Shown here: positions 9,497 through 19,101 of the stretch, in pieces
How the letters are laid out: the number at the start of each line of letters is the position of its first letter
How positions within the stretch are numbered: position 1 is the first letter of the stretch
NCBI GenBank assembly: GCA_051875915.1
Contig: JBJEHI010000024.1
Location: 243-64,242, forward strand
Length of the DNA stretch: 64,000 nucleotides
Direction: 5' to 3'
Source of the DNA: Bacteroides sp.
Lineage (GTDB): Bacteria > Bacteroidota > Bacteroidia > Bacteroidales > Bacteroidaceae
Program-made: the position numbers and the translations under genes
The notes under the pieces: generated by a model
What the model saw: the letters and a program-made list of their open reading frames with translations, nothing else
The model's database searches: none
Told to the model about the DNA's origin: nothing

Positions 9497-10357
9497 TTAA
9501 AAGACCACCCCTTCACGCAGCCATTTCTCCAGTTCGCCTGTCCACTGGCGCTTGTAGGTGAAGGCATCGCGGAAGCCCCACCCATGTCCGCCTGTAGGAT
9601 AGATATGCATGGAGACAGGCACCTGATGGCTACAGAGAGCCTGAAAGTAGCCGATGGAATTGGCGGGAACCACCACACGGTCGTCGGCCGAGAGCATGAT
9701 GAAGGCTTGCGGTGTGCGTTCGTTCACCTGCTTCTGCAGCGTGTAGTGACGGACCAGCTCCTCCGAGGGATTGTCACCCAGCAGGAAGCTGCGCGAACCG
9801 GCATGCGTAATCTCCTTCTCCATAGAGATGACAGGATAGAAGAGTATCTGAAAGTCGGGACGGGTCTCGTCGCTGCTGTAGAGCGTAGACAGTGAGGCCG
9901 CCAGATGGCCGCCTGCCGATGCGCCCATCACACCTACGCGATGGGGGTCTACACCCCACTCCACGGCATGAAGGCGGATGAGGCGTATGGCCTGTTCGGC
10001 ATCAGAGAGGGGCACTTCGTAGTGCGTATTGGGCATACGGTACTTCATGACAACGTACGTGATGCCTTGTGCATTGAACCAGCTGGCCATGTCGTGGCCC
10101 TCGTGCCGCAGTGCAAGGCGGGCATAGCCCCCGCCGGGACACATGAGGATGGCCATACCGTTGGGCTTCGCGGCCCGATAGACGGTGATGTTGGGGTGGA
10201 TGACGTTGGCCATCCGTCCACCTTCCAGGTTCTCTTCGGTACCGGTCAGGCCGTTGCTGTTGGGGGCACCGTCAGGCCACAGGGGCAGTTCAATGGGTTG
10301 TTGAGCCGATAACATGGTGGCTACACATAACAGAGTAAAAAACAGAATCTTTTTCAT
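9497..10357 (-). CDS. Secreted alpha/beta hydrolase (esterase, BD-FAE-like)
   Basis: Signal peptide, CPGGGY oxyanion loop, GASAGG nucleophile elbow, D-x-x-V and GGHGWG. Confidence 0.85.
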   Translation of the reverse strand: MKKILFFTLLCVATMLSAQQPIELPLWPDGAPNSNGLTGTEENLEGGRMANVIHPNITVYRAAKPNGMAILMCPGGGYARLALRHEGHDMASWFNAQGITYVVMKYRMPNTHYEVPLSDAEQAIRLIRLHAVEWGVDPHRVGVMGASAGGHLAASLSTLYSSDETRPDFQILFYPVISMEKEITHAGSRSFLLGDNPSEELVRHYTLQKQVNERTPQAFIMLSADDRVVVPANSIGYFQALCSHQVPVSMHIYPTGGHGWGFRDAFTYKRQWTGELEKWLREGVVF

Positions 10358-10373
10358 ATCTTCAATCATTGAA

Positions 10374-12362
10374 TTATTTCTTCAGAGAGGCTTTCACAAA
10401 GTAGCCTATCAAGATGGCATAAGCGGCCAGTGCCACTACCTCGGACCAGCTGTCGGCCAGCCATTCGGCATGAATCAGGTTGATGCCTCCGAAACGCATG
10501 GCGGCACTTACCACACCCATCAGGGCACCGCCGGCAATGAAGCCGGAGGCCAGCAGCGTACCCTTCTCACCGCGTTCGGCATTGAGGGAGGCATCGGCCG
10601 AACGGGTGGTGACATACCAGTTGACGGCACCGCCCACTACCAACGGCACATTCAGCTCCAGCGGGATGAACATACCCAAGGCAAAGGCCAGGGCAGGAAT
10701 CTTGCACAAGGTGAGCACGACGGCCAGCACGGCACCGATGCCGTAGAGCAGCCAGGGAGCGGCAACACCGTTCATCAGCGGCTCGATGACAGCTGCCATG
10801 GCATTGGCCTGCGGGGCAGCCAGCTGTCCGCTGGTAAATCCATAGGTCTGGTTGAGCACAATCATCACACCGCCCACGGTAGCGGCCGACACGATGGTAC
10901 CCAAGAACTTCCAGCGCTCTTGCTTGATGGGGGTGGTACCCAGCCAATAGCCAATCTTCAGGTCGGTGATGAAGCCGCCTGCCATGGAGAGAGCGGTACA
11001 TACGACCCCGCCCATCACCAAGGCTGCCACCATGCCGCCGGGACCCTTGAGGCCGACAGCTACCATGACGACCGAGGCCAGAATGAGGGTCATCAGCGTC
11101 ATGCCCGATACAGGATTGGTACCCACAATGGCGATGGCATTGGCTGCCACCGTAGTGAAAAGGAAAGCGATGACTGCCACCAGCACAATGGCCGTCAGCG
11201 TATGGAGCAGGTTGCCCTGCATCACGTCAAAGTAGAAAAAGAGAGTCACCAGCAGCAGTGTGAGGATGGAGCCTATGGCGATGATCTTCATAGAGAGGTC
11301 GCGCTGCGTACGCTTCACGGCAGCCATGTCGCCCGACTTGCCCCCCATCTCCTTGGCTGCCAGTCCGACGGCACTTTTGATGATGCCCCATGACTTGATG
11401 ATGCCGATGATGCCGGCCATGGCGATGCCACCGATACCGATACTCTTGGCATAGTATTTGAAAATCTCCTCGGGCGACATGGCACCTACGGTAGAGGTGA
11501 TTTCGGGATTCCACTGGTTGAGCACCTCGTTGCCGAAGAGCAGGGACATGCCGGGTATGATGACCCACCACACCAGCAGGGAACCGGCACAGATGATGGA
11601 GGCATACTTCAGTCCCACAATATAACCCAGACCCAGCACGGCGGCACCGGTATTGACCTTGAAGAGCAGCTTGGCCTTTTCGGCCACCACGGCCCCCCAC
11701 TCGCAACAGCGGGTGGTGAAGTTCTCGTTCCACCAGCCAAAGGTAGCCACGATAAAGTCGTACAGACCACCGATGACACCGGCTATCAGCAGAGGCTTGG
11801 CCTGATTGCCCCCCTTCTCGCCCGACACCAGCACCTGTGTAGTGGCTGTAGCCTCAGGGAAGGGGTACTTGCCGTGCATGTCGCTGACAAAGTATTTGCG
11901 GAAGGGGATAAGGAAGAGGATGCCCAACACACCGCCCAGCAACGAACTGATGAAGACCTGTGTGAAGGTGACAGCTATCTCGGCGGGATACTTGGCCTGC
12001 AGGATGTAAAGGGCAGGCAGCGTAAAGATGGCACCGGCCACAATGACGCCCGAACTGGCTCCGATGGACTGGATGATGACGTTTTCGCCCAAGGCACTCT
12101 TCCGCTTGGCGGCTCCCGATACGCCTACGGCAATGATGGCGATGGGGATGGCTGCTTCGAATACCTGCCCCACCTTCAGTCCCAAGTAGGCTGCTGCGGC
12201 CGAAAAAAGGATGGCCATGCAGATGCCCCATGATACGGACCATACGTTGACCTCAGGATACTCCTTTTGGGGACTCATCAGAGGGTTGTACACTTCTCCC
12301 GGCTTCAGTTCGCGGAAGGCGTTCTCCGGCAAGCCGGATGTTACTTCTTCTTCTTGTTTCAT
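10374..12362 (-). CDS. OPT family oligopeptide transporter
   Basis: YLGLKVG, FPEATAT, GTNPVSG and APQANAM motifs; many TM helices. Confidence 0.92.
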   Translation of the reverse strand: MKQEEEVTSGLPENAFRELKPGEVYNPLMSPQKEYPEVNVWSVSWGICMAILFSAAAAYLGLKVGQVFEAAIPIAIIAVGVSGAAKRKSALGENVIIQSIGASSGVIVAGAIFTLPALYILQAKYPAEIAVTFTQVFISSLLGGVLGILFLIPFRKYFVSDMHGKYPFPEATATTQVLVSGEKGGNQAKPLLIAGVIGGLYDFIVATFGWWNENFTTRCCEWGAVVAEKAKLLFKVNTGAAVLGLGYIVGLKYASIICAGSLLVWWVIIPGMSLLFGNEVLNQWNPEITSTVGAMSPEEIFKYYAKSIGIGGIAMAGIIGIIKSWGIIKSAVGLAAKEMGGKSGDMAAVKRTQRDLSMKIIAIGSILTLLLVTLFFYFDVMQGNLLHTLTAIVLVAVIAFLFTTVAANAIAIVGTNPVSGMTLMTLILASVVMVAVGLKGPGGMVAALVMGGVVCTALSMAGGFITDLKIGYWLGTTPIKQERWKFLGTIVSAATVGGVMIVLNQTYGFTSGQLAAPQANAMAAVIEPLMNGVAAPWLLYGIGAVLAVVLTLCKIPALAFALGMFIPLELNVPLVVGGAVNWYVTTRSADASLNAERGEKGTLLASGFIAGGALMGVVSAAMRFGGINLIHAEWLADSWSEVVALAAYAILIGYFVKASLKK

Positions 12363-12495
12363 AATCTCTTTCGTTATGTTTTTTCGGTTTCACTTCATCG
12401 GTCGAGGCATACCGCAGAGGGGTGCAGTACACTTGCTGAGCACAAAGGTACTGTTTTTCTTCGGACAGGTCATTACTTTTGCCGCTAATTTGCAC

Positions 12496-12535
12496 AAAAA
12501 AAAGGAGGAGACCCATTCGTTGAGCCCCCTCCCCT
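12496..12535 (-). terminator. Probable terminator of the DUF1573 gene
   Basis: A-tract plus GGAGG...CCTCC inverted repeat downstream of the minus-strand gene. Confidence 0.45.
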
Positions 12536-12555
12536 CTCTATGCTGTCGGGTGGAA

Positions 12556-12954
12556 TCAGTTGTTCTCCTGCTTGGCAGTCATTTCGCCTTCAATGTAGAG
12601 TCGCATCATCTCCGTCTTTCCGTTGGTACGCAGGGTGATGGACTTCTTGAAGTGGCCGGGATACTTGCCCGTACCGTTGTAAGTGACCTTGATGGTGCCT
12701 TTCTTGCCCGGCAATACCGGCTCCTGCGTGTATTCAGGAACGGTGCAGCCGCACGAAGCGACAGCCTGATGGATGACCAGCGGCGCATCGCCCACGTTAG
12801 TGAACTGGAATGTATAGCTTACTATCGGGTCCTCTTCGGGGAAGGTGCCGAAGTCGTGCGATGTCTTCTCAAACTTGATGTCCGCTTTGCCTTGTGCAAG
12901 GGCGATGCCCATGCCTGCCACCAGCATCAACATGCAAAATAAAATCTTCTTCAT
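12556..12954 (-). CDS. DUF1573 domain-containing exported protein
   Basis: Signal peptide; HDFG...F.FTN.G..PLVI...ASCGCT motif. Confidence 0.9.
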   Translation of the reverse strand: MKKILFCMLMLVAGMGIALAQGKADIKFEKTSHDFGTFPEEDPIVSYTFQFTNVGDAPLVIHQAVASCGCTVPEYTQEPVLPGKKGTIKVTYNGTGKYPGHFKKSITLRTNGKTEMMRLYIEGEMTAKQENN

Positions 12955-13112
12955 GAATCTGTCCTCTTTAGTTTTCTATATTGTACGCTGCAAATGTAAC
13001 CTCTTTTTCTGAAAGCAACGGTCATCTATATGCGAAATTGTATTAAATTTGCACCCGACCGGACAGATTAGCACTAATTTTGCCGAATCCGGCCATCAAA
13101 CCGATAAAGAAT

Positions 13113-14123
13113 ATGGAGAAACAATCAGTAGAGATAGAAGGACTTTCTATCGGATATCAGGACAAGAAGAGGCGGCACGTAGTGGCGGAGGGCATCTCCG
13201 GCCGGCTGTGCGGCGGCGAACTGACTTGTCTGTTGGGAGCCAACGGTGTAGGCAAGTCTACGCTGTTGCGGACGCTGGCAGCCTTCCAACCCCGATTGTC
13301 GGGAAGCATCTATGTGAATGGAGAGGATATCGACCGATACAGCGACAAGCAGCGGGCACGCATCATCAGCGTGGTCCTGACGGAACGGGAGATGCCACAG
13401 AATCTGACCGTCTTCGAGCTGGTAGGCTTGGGGCGCACTCCCTATACAGGCTTCTGGGGAGGCTTGTCTGCCGAAGATGCCGTCGTGGTGCGTCAGGCAC
13501 TGGATTGGGTAGGAATCCGCCCGTTAGAGCAGAAGAATGTACACAACCTGAGCGATGGCGAGCAGCAAAAGGTGATGATAGCCAAGGCCATTGCACAAGA
13601 GACACCGGTCATCTACCTGGATGAGCCGACGGCCTTTCTGGACTATCCCAGCAAGATAGAGACCATGCGCCTGCTGCACCGCCTCAGCCGGGAGACGGGA
13701 AAGGTCATCTTCCTTTCGACGCACGACATGGACATGGCTTTGCAGCTGGCGGACAAGGTGTGGCTGATGCAGCAGGGGGGGACGCTCTGCATCGGCACCC
13801 CCGAGGATTTGGCATTGCAAGGGGTGCTGTCTACCTTCTTTCCGACGGACGATGTGGTGTTCGACGAGGCGACTGGTCTATTCAGAATTTCCAATGCCTG
13901 CCATTCGTATATACAGCTGACCGAAACAGAGGGGGTACGTGCCTCCATGCTGCGCAAGGCATTGGCCCGCGACGGCATTCAGGCTACGCAGGCAGAGGCA
14001 GCAGGAAGGCTCAGCATAGCCTGGGGGGAGACGTCCGAGTACCGGCTGCGCTGTGCCGACGGCACGGTACTGACCCTACCCACCATCGGCGCACTGATGG
14101 AGACTATCCGTCAACACCTGTAG
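13113..14123 (+). CDS. ABC transporter ATP-binding protein (FecE/BtuD-like)
   Basis: GANGVGKST Walker A, LSDGEQQ signature, YLDEPT Walker B, STHD. Confidence 0.88.
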   Translation: MEKQSVEIEGLSIGYQDKKRRHVVAEGISGRLCGGELTCLLGANGVGKSTLLRTLAAFQPRLSGSIYVNGEDIDRYSDKQRARIISVVLTEREMPQNLTVFELVGLGRTPYTGFWGGLSAEDAVVVRQALDWVGIRPLEQKNVHNLSDGEQQKVMIAKAIAQETPVIYLDEPTAFLDYPSKIETMRLLHRLSRETGKVIFLSTHDMDMALQLADKVWLMQQGGTLCIGTPEDLALQGVLSTFFPTDDVVFDEATGLFRISNACHSYIQLTETEGVRASMLRKALARDGIQATQAEAAGRLSIAWGETSEYRLRCADGTVLTLPTIGALMETIRQHL

Positions 14124-14856
14124 CCTGCAGATAGGCTTCGGCCTGTGCCAGCGTCTCCGGCCGGCCGATGTCAAACCAGTGGATGCCTTCGGCGGGCGCA
14201 CCTTGGATGCAGACTTTCCGGCAGACGGAGAGGTAGAAGGGGGTGATGGAGAACTTGCCCTCCCACTCGCTCCCCTCCATGTAACGGAAGAGCGAGGGCG
14301 AAATCACATGAATTCCGCCGAAAGCCATCTCCTGAAAGGCTCCTTCGCGATAGCAGGTATCGGCAGGCTTTACTTCGTGTGTCTGCTTGTTGACCCATCC
14401 TTGCAGACGGTTGTCATCATCCAGCAGCAGGTAGCGCGACGTCTGGCGGCGGCTCACCAGCAGCGTGGCTTCCGCCCGGCTTTGCACATGCCGGCGGTAA
14501 AGAGCCTGCAAATCTACGTCCGACCAGATATCGGCATTGTGCACCAGAAACGGTTCGTCCCCGTCCAGCCAAGGACGCGCCTTCCGTATGCCTCCGCCCG
14601 TATCCAGCAACAGGTCGCGCTCGTCACTGATGTGTATATCTACACCGAAGTGATGGCGTGCTTCCAAAAAGTCGACAATCTGTTCACCAAAGTGATGGAT
14701 GTTCACTGTCAGGTCTGTAAAGCCTGCCTCTATCAGTTTCAAGATGACCCGTTCCAGCATCGGCTTGCCGGCTACAGGCACCAGCGCCTTGGGCATTCGG
14801 TCGGTCAGAGGGCGCAGGCGTGTACCCAGCCCTGCTGCAAATATCATGGCTTTCAT
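14104..14856 (-). CDS. Nucleotidyltransferase, MurU-like
   Basis: MKAMIFAAGLGTRLRPLT..PKAL, LLDTGGG, WFDIG; follows an AmgK-like kinase. Confidence 0.85.
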   Translation of the reverse strand: MKAMIFAAGLGTRLRPLTDRMPKALVPVAGKPMLERVILKLIEAGFTDLTVNIHHFGEQIVDFLEARHHFGVDIHISDERDLLLDTGGGIRKARPWLDGDEPFLVHNADIWSDVDLQALYRRHVQSRAEATLLVSRRQTSRYLLLDDDNRLQGWVNKQTHEVKPADTCYREGAFQEMAFGGIHVISPSLFRYMEGSEWEGKFSITPFYLSVCRKVCIQGAPAEGIHWFDIGRPETLAQAEAYLQATGVDG

Positions 14857-14865
14857 CGGCGGTCG

Positions 14866-16296
14866 TCAACGTGCTTTAAAAATCTGTTCGATATTCTGTT
14901 CACGATGCACCAGGTTCACCTGTACGCCGAACTGCTGGTTCAGATGCTCGGCCAGGTGCTGTGCCGAGTAGACAGAGCGGTGCTGTCCGCCCGTACAGCC
15001 GAAGCAGACTGACAGATTGGTAAATCCCCGCTCCATATAGCGTTTGACAGAAGCATCCACCAGAGCATATACATGCGTCAGAAACTGGGTAATCTCACCG
15101 TCTTCTTCCAGAAAGCGGATGACAGGTTCGTCCAGACCGGTGAAGGGCTTGTATCGTTCATACTTACCGGGGTTGTTCACCGCACGACAGTCAAACACAT
15201 AGCCTCCCCCATTTCCGCTGGGGTCTTCGGGGATGCCCTTCTTATAGGCAAAGCTGGTGACCTTGACCACCAGCCTGCGCTTCTGCAGGTCGTCCGTAAA
15301 CTGCTTCAGCTCCGTCAGCCTGCGCAACACATCGCAGAGATAAGGATATTCGGGATAAGGCTCCTGCAGCAGCCGGCGCAAGTTCTCGATGGCAAAGGGA
15401 ACACTCTGTATGAAATGCGGCTTTTTCTCAAAATATCCGCGGAATCCGTATGCCCCCAGCACTTGCAGGGTACGGAAAAGGACGAAGTGCCTCAGTTGGG
15501 CGTAGAAGTAGCTTTCGTCCACCGGCTGATAGCGGCGCAGGGCATCGATATACTCCTTCAGCAGCTCCTGACGCAGGCTGTCGGGATAGTTGGCCTTGGC
15601 TTGCCACAGGAAGGAAGCCACGTCGTAGTAGACGGGTCCCTTGCGTCCGCCCTGAAAGTCGATGAGCCAGGGCTCTCCATCCTTTACCATCACGTTGCGG
15701 CTCTGGAAGTCGCGGTAGAGGAAGGTAGCCGACCCGCTACGCAACAGCACATCGGCCATCTTCTGGAAATCATCCTCCAGCTTGTCCTCCTGAAATTCGA
15801 TGCCCGTAGCCTTCAGGAAGCAATACTTGAAATAGTTGAGGTCCCACAGGATGGAACGGCTGTTGAACTCGGCCTGCGGATAGCAATAGGAGAAGTCCAT
15901 GCCTTCGGCACCGGCAAACTGCACGACGGGCAGCAGCCTCATGGTCTTGCGCAGCAGTTCCTTCTCGCGTTCGTCAAAGACACCCGTCTGCCGCCCTTTC
16001 TCAATGGCATTGAACAGCAGCCGGTCACCCAGGTCCTCCTGCAGGTAGAAGATGGAGTCGTCCGACTGCGCCACTACCTGCGGCACAGGCAGTCCCTTGC
16101 TGCGGAAGTGGGCTGCCATATAGAGGAAGGCACGGTTCTCCTCGGCCGACTCTCCGCTGACCCCAATCAGCGTAGGGTCTCCTGTAAGGCGAAAATAGCG
16201 GCGGTTGGATCCGGAGGAGGGCATCTCGTCTATCCGCAGAGCCTGACGGCCCGTATAGCGCGTATATAGCTGGTTGAGTTCTTCTGTTATTGTCAT
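14866..16296 (-). CDS. AmgK-like (APH-family) sugar kinase fused to a RapZ C-terminal domain
   Basis: GSNRRYFR, EDLGD, YRDFQSRN, IDFQ; C-terminal SFAYKKG...FDCR..NP...GCTGGQHRSV. Confidence 0.88.
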   Translation of the reverse strand: MTITEELNQLYTRYTGRQALRIDEMPSSGSNRRYFRLTGDPTLIGVSGESAEENRAFLYMAAHFRSKGLPVPQVVAQSDDSIFYLQEDLGDRLLFNAIEKGRQTGVFDEREKELLRKTMRLLPVVQFAGAEGMDFSYCYPQAEFNSRSILWDLNYFKYCFLKATGIEFQEDKLEDDFQKMADVLLRSGSATFLYRDFQSRNVMVKDGEPWLIDFQGGRKGPVYYDVASFLWQAKANYPDSLRQELLKEYIDALRRYQPVDESYFYAQLRHFVLFRTLQVLGAYGFRGYFEKKPHFIQSVPFAIENLRRLLQEPYPEYPYLCDVLRRLTELKQFTDDLQKRRLVVKVTSFAYKKGIPEDPSGNGGGYVFDCRAVNNPGKYERYKPFTGLDEPVIRFLEEDGEITQFLTHVYALVDASVKRYMERGFTNLSVCFGCTGGQHRSVYSAQHLAEHLNQQFGVQVNLVHREQNIEQIFKAR

Positions 16297-16436
16297 AATC
16301 TGCTATGGTTATTTATTACTGGGCGGCTAAGGTACATCTTTTTCAGGAGATTTGGAAGGTTTTTACGTGCAATTCTGTTAACGAATTTATTTTCAAGTTA
16401 ATCCATGTTATAAACAAGGCATTTACGCCCGTATAT

Positions 16437-16541
16437 TTTGGAGGATTGCAGAAAGTCCGTATATTTGCAGTGTGTTTTTCATAGTATTAGATTTAAGGTT
16501 AACAAAAGGATTGGCTGTCTGGGATAGATAGCCATTTTTTT
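16437..16541 (+). ncRNA. Candidate ~70-nt small RNA with its own promoter and terminator
   Basis: TTTG-19-TATATTTG promoter (16437-16467), no ORF, TGGCTGTCT/AGATAGCCA hairpin plus T7 (16512-16541). Confidence 0.6.
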
Positions 16542-16648
16542 GTACCTGTGCCAGTCTTTCTTTCGTAAACCGAAAAATAAATTCCCCAATCTGTTGTGAA
16601 ATTCTAAACATTATCTTACCTTTGCCACCGCTTTCACGAAGAAACCCT

Positions 16649-16721
16649 GCGGCAATAGCTCAGTTGGTAGAGCATCAGCTTCCCAAGCTGAGGGTCACGA
16701 GTTCGAGCCTCGCTTGCCGCT
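16649..16721 (+). tRNA. tRNA-Gly(CCC)
   Basis: Acceptor GCGGCAA/TTGCCGC; anticodon arm TCAGC-TTCCCAA-GCTGA; TACCTTTG -7 element at 16617. Confidence 0.95.
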
Positions 16722-16733
16722 CTCATTGAAAAT

Positions 16734-16766
16734 CAGGCAGTTACAAGTTTTGTAGCTGCCTTTTTC
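16734..16766 (+). terminator. Terminator after tRNA-Gly
   Basis: AGGCAGTTACA-agttt-TGTAGCTGCCT plus T-tract. Confidence 0.75.
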
Positions 16767-16791
16767 ATAAACAAATAAAAAGACAAAGAGA

Positions 16792-17646
16792 ATGAAAAAG
16801 TTTATACACGGAGCACGTTTCACTCCAAAGAACTATTCCGACGACGTAGAAGCCAAAATCCAACACTATAAGCGGGAAGGCTACAAGCTGCCGCAACGTC
16901 ACCTGCTGCGTACGCCCGAACAGCTGGAAGGCATCCGCGAAAGTGCGCGAATCAATACTGCCTTGCTGGACTGCATCTCGGCCCATATCCACGAAGGTAT
17001 GTCAACGGCCGAGATAGACCATCTGGTCTATGCCTTCACCACCGACCACGGTGCCATCCCCGCCCCTTTCTTGTACGAGGGATTCCCCAAGAGCGTATGC
17101 ACCAGCATCAACGATGTGGTATGCCACGGCATACCCAGCCCTACGGAATACCTGAAGAGCGGCGACATCGTGAATGTGGACGTAAGCACCATCTACAAAG
17201 GCTACTTCTCTGACGCCTCCCGCATGTTCCTCATCGGAGAGGTCACTCCCGAGATGCGCCGGCTGGTAGAGGTGACACGCGAGTGCAGAGACATAGGCAT
17301 ACGTGCCGCCCTGCCCTGGACCCGTCTGGGCGATGTAGGAGCGGCCATCCAAGAACACGCCGAAAAAAATGGATACAGCGTGGTACGCGACCTCTGCGGA
17401 CACGGAGTGGGACTGAAGTTCCACGAGGAGCCGGACGTAGAGCACTTCGGCAAGCGAGGTACTGGCATGATGATTGTACCCGGCATGACGTTCACCATCG
17501 AGCCGATGATCAATATGGGACGCTACGACGTCTTCATTGACGAAGCCGACGGCTGGACGGTCTGTACAGAAGACGGGCTCCCCTCGGCACAGTGGGAAAG
17601 CATGATTCTGATTACAGAAGATGGGAATGAAGTATTGACGGAATAA
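16792..17646 (+). CDS. map: Methionine aminopeptidase type I
   Basis: CTSINDVVCHGIP, DIVNVDVS, GHGVG..FHE, FTIEPMIN, SAQWE. Confidence 0.95.
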   Translation: MKKFIHGARFTPKNYSDDVEAKIQHYKREGYKLPQRHLLRTPEQLEGIRESARINTALLDCISAHIHEGMSTAEIDHLVYAFTTDHGAIPAPFLYEGFPKSVCTSINDVVCHGIPSPTEYLKSGDIVNVDVSTIYKGYFSDASRMFLIGEVTPEMRRLVEVTRECRDIGIRAALPWTRLGDVGAAIQEHAEKNGYSVVRDLCGHGVGLKFHEEPDVEHFGKRGTGMMIVPGMTFTIEPMINMGRYDVFIDEADGWTVCTEDGLPSAQWESMILITEDGNEVLTE

Positions 17647-17655
17647 GAAGAGGGA

Positions 17656-18975
17656 ATGGAATACATACTGCTACTGATGGGATTGGCTGCCGGCCTGGCT
17701 ATCGGGTACCTGCTGTCTGCCCGCCGAACGGCTGCACTGAAGGCAGAAGTGGAAGCTGCCCGGCAACGGGAGGAGATGCTGAAGCAACAGCACGCAGCCG
17801 ACATGGAACGCGAGCGGACTGTAGCCGAAGAGCGTATAGCCACCCAAGAACGCCACTTCAACGAACGGCTGGCCGACCAGAAACGACAGTGGGAAGAGCG
17901 TATGAACGAACAGAAGGAGGAGGTGGAGGCCTTGCACAAGCGGCTGAACCTGGAGTTTGAGAACCTAAGCAATCGCATTTTCCAAAGCAAGGCAGAGGAC
18001 TTCAAACGCCTGAATGCCGAGCACCTGAACCAGCTGCTGCGTCCGCTGGACGACAACCTGAAAGCGTTTCGTGAAAAGGTGGAACTGGCCTACTCTACCG
18101 AGGCCAAGGAACGTTTCTCGCTGGGCGAACGCATCAAGGAGCTGGTAGAACTGAATACCCGACTGGGAGAAGAGGCCAATAACCTGACCCGCGCTTTGCG
18201 AGGCGACTCGAAAGCACAAGGCAACTGGGGCGAGATGATACTGGAACGCCTGTTGCAGGCATCGGGGTTGATAGAGGGCGAGCACTACTTCAGACAGGAG
18301 TTTCTGAAGGACGAACGGGGTGAGGTACTGACCAACGAAGAGAGCGGACAGCGGATGCAGCCAGACATCCTCATCAGATACCCCGGCGAACGGGAGATGA
18401 TTATCGACTCCAAGGTATCGCTGACAGCCTATACGGCCTATACGGCCGCCCAAGAGCGTGACGAACAGGCACGCAGCCTGAAGGCACATCTGCAGTCGGT
18501 ACGCGCCCACATTGACGAACTCAGCCACAAGGACTATTCGCGCTATGACATCAAGTCGCCGGAGTTTGTCATGATGTTCATCCCTACCGAAGGTGCTTAC
18601 CTGCTTGCCATCCAGAACGATCCGCACCTGTGGGAGTATGCCTACGACAAGAAGGTGGTGCTGATGAGCCCAACTAATCTGATTAGTGCCTTGCGTCTGG
18701 CCCTCGACCTGTGGAAACGCGAGAATCAGGTGAAGAATGTCCAGGCCATCATCAAGCAAGGCACTTCGCTCTACGAAAAGATTGCCGGCTTCACCGATAC
18801 TTTCCTTGGCATCGGCGAACGCATTACAACCCTGCAGAAGGATTACGACAAAGCCATCCGACAATACTCCGAAGGGCCCGGCAACATTGTTCGTCAGGCC
18901 GAACAGCTGCGTGGCATGAGTCTGACCCCCAAGAAACGCATTGCAGCCAAGGTGCTGCCCAAAGAGGACGAGTAA
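17656..18975 (+). CDS. rmuC: DNA recombination protein RmuC
   Basis: N-terminal TM and coiled coil; [25 protein letters not shown]. Confidence 0.93.
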   Translation: MEYILLLMGLAAGLAIGYLLSARRTAALKAEVEAARQREEMLKQQHAADMERERTVAEERIATQERHFNERLADQKRQWEERMNEQKEEVEALHKRLNLEFENLSNRIFQSKAEDFKRLNAEHLNQLLRPLDDNLKAFREKVELAYSTEAKERFSLGERIKELVELNTRLGEEANNLTRALRGDSKAQGNWGEMILERLLQASGLIEGEHYFRQEFLKDERGEVLTNEESGQRMQPDILIRYPGEREMIIDSKVSLTAYTAYTAAQERDEQARSLKAHLQSVRAHIDELSHKDYSRYDIKSPEFVMMFIPTEGAYLLAIQNDPHLWEYAYDKKVVLMSPTNLISALRLALDLWKRENQVKNVQAIIKQGTSLYEKIAGFTDTFLGIGERITTLQKDYDKAIRQYSEGPGNIVRQAEQLRGMSLTPKKRIAAKVLPKEDE

Positions 18976-19014
18976 CTGTTCCTATCCAAATAATTGAAAA
19001 CGGATTACAACTAT

Positions 19015-19089
19015 AAGGGGCGTACTATCTTGCGCCCCCTAACCCCGATGTTCGTGTAGCTTTGGGCGGACACATTGGTCCGCCCCTAC
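19015..19089. repeat. Pair of REP-like palindromes between convergent genes
   Basis: AGGGGCG..CGCCCC (~19016-19040) and GGGCGGAC-acattg-GTCCGCCC-CTAC (19064-19089). Confidence 0.65.
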
Positions 19090-19101
19090 ACACGACTTGA
19101 A

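Noticed and set aside
16697..16713. A-C mismatch at the base of the tRNA-Gly T-stem suggesting a pseudogene
   Set aside because: The rest of the cloverleaf, the promoter and the terminator are intact.
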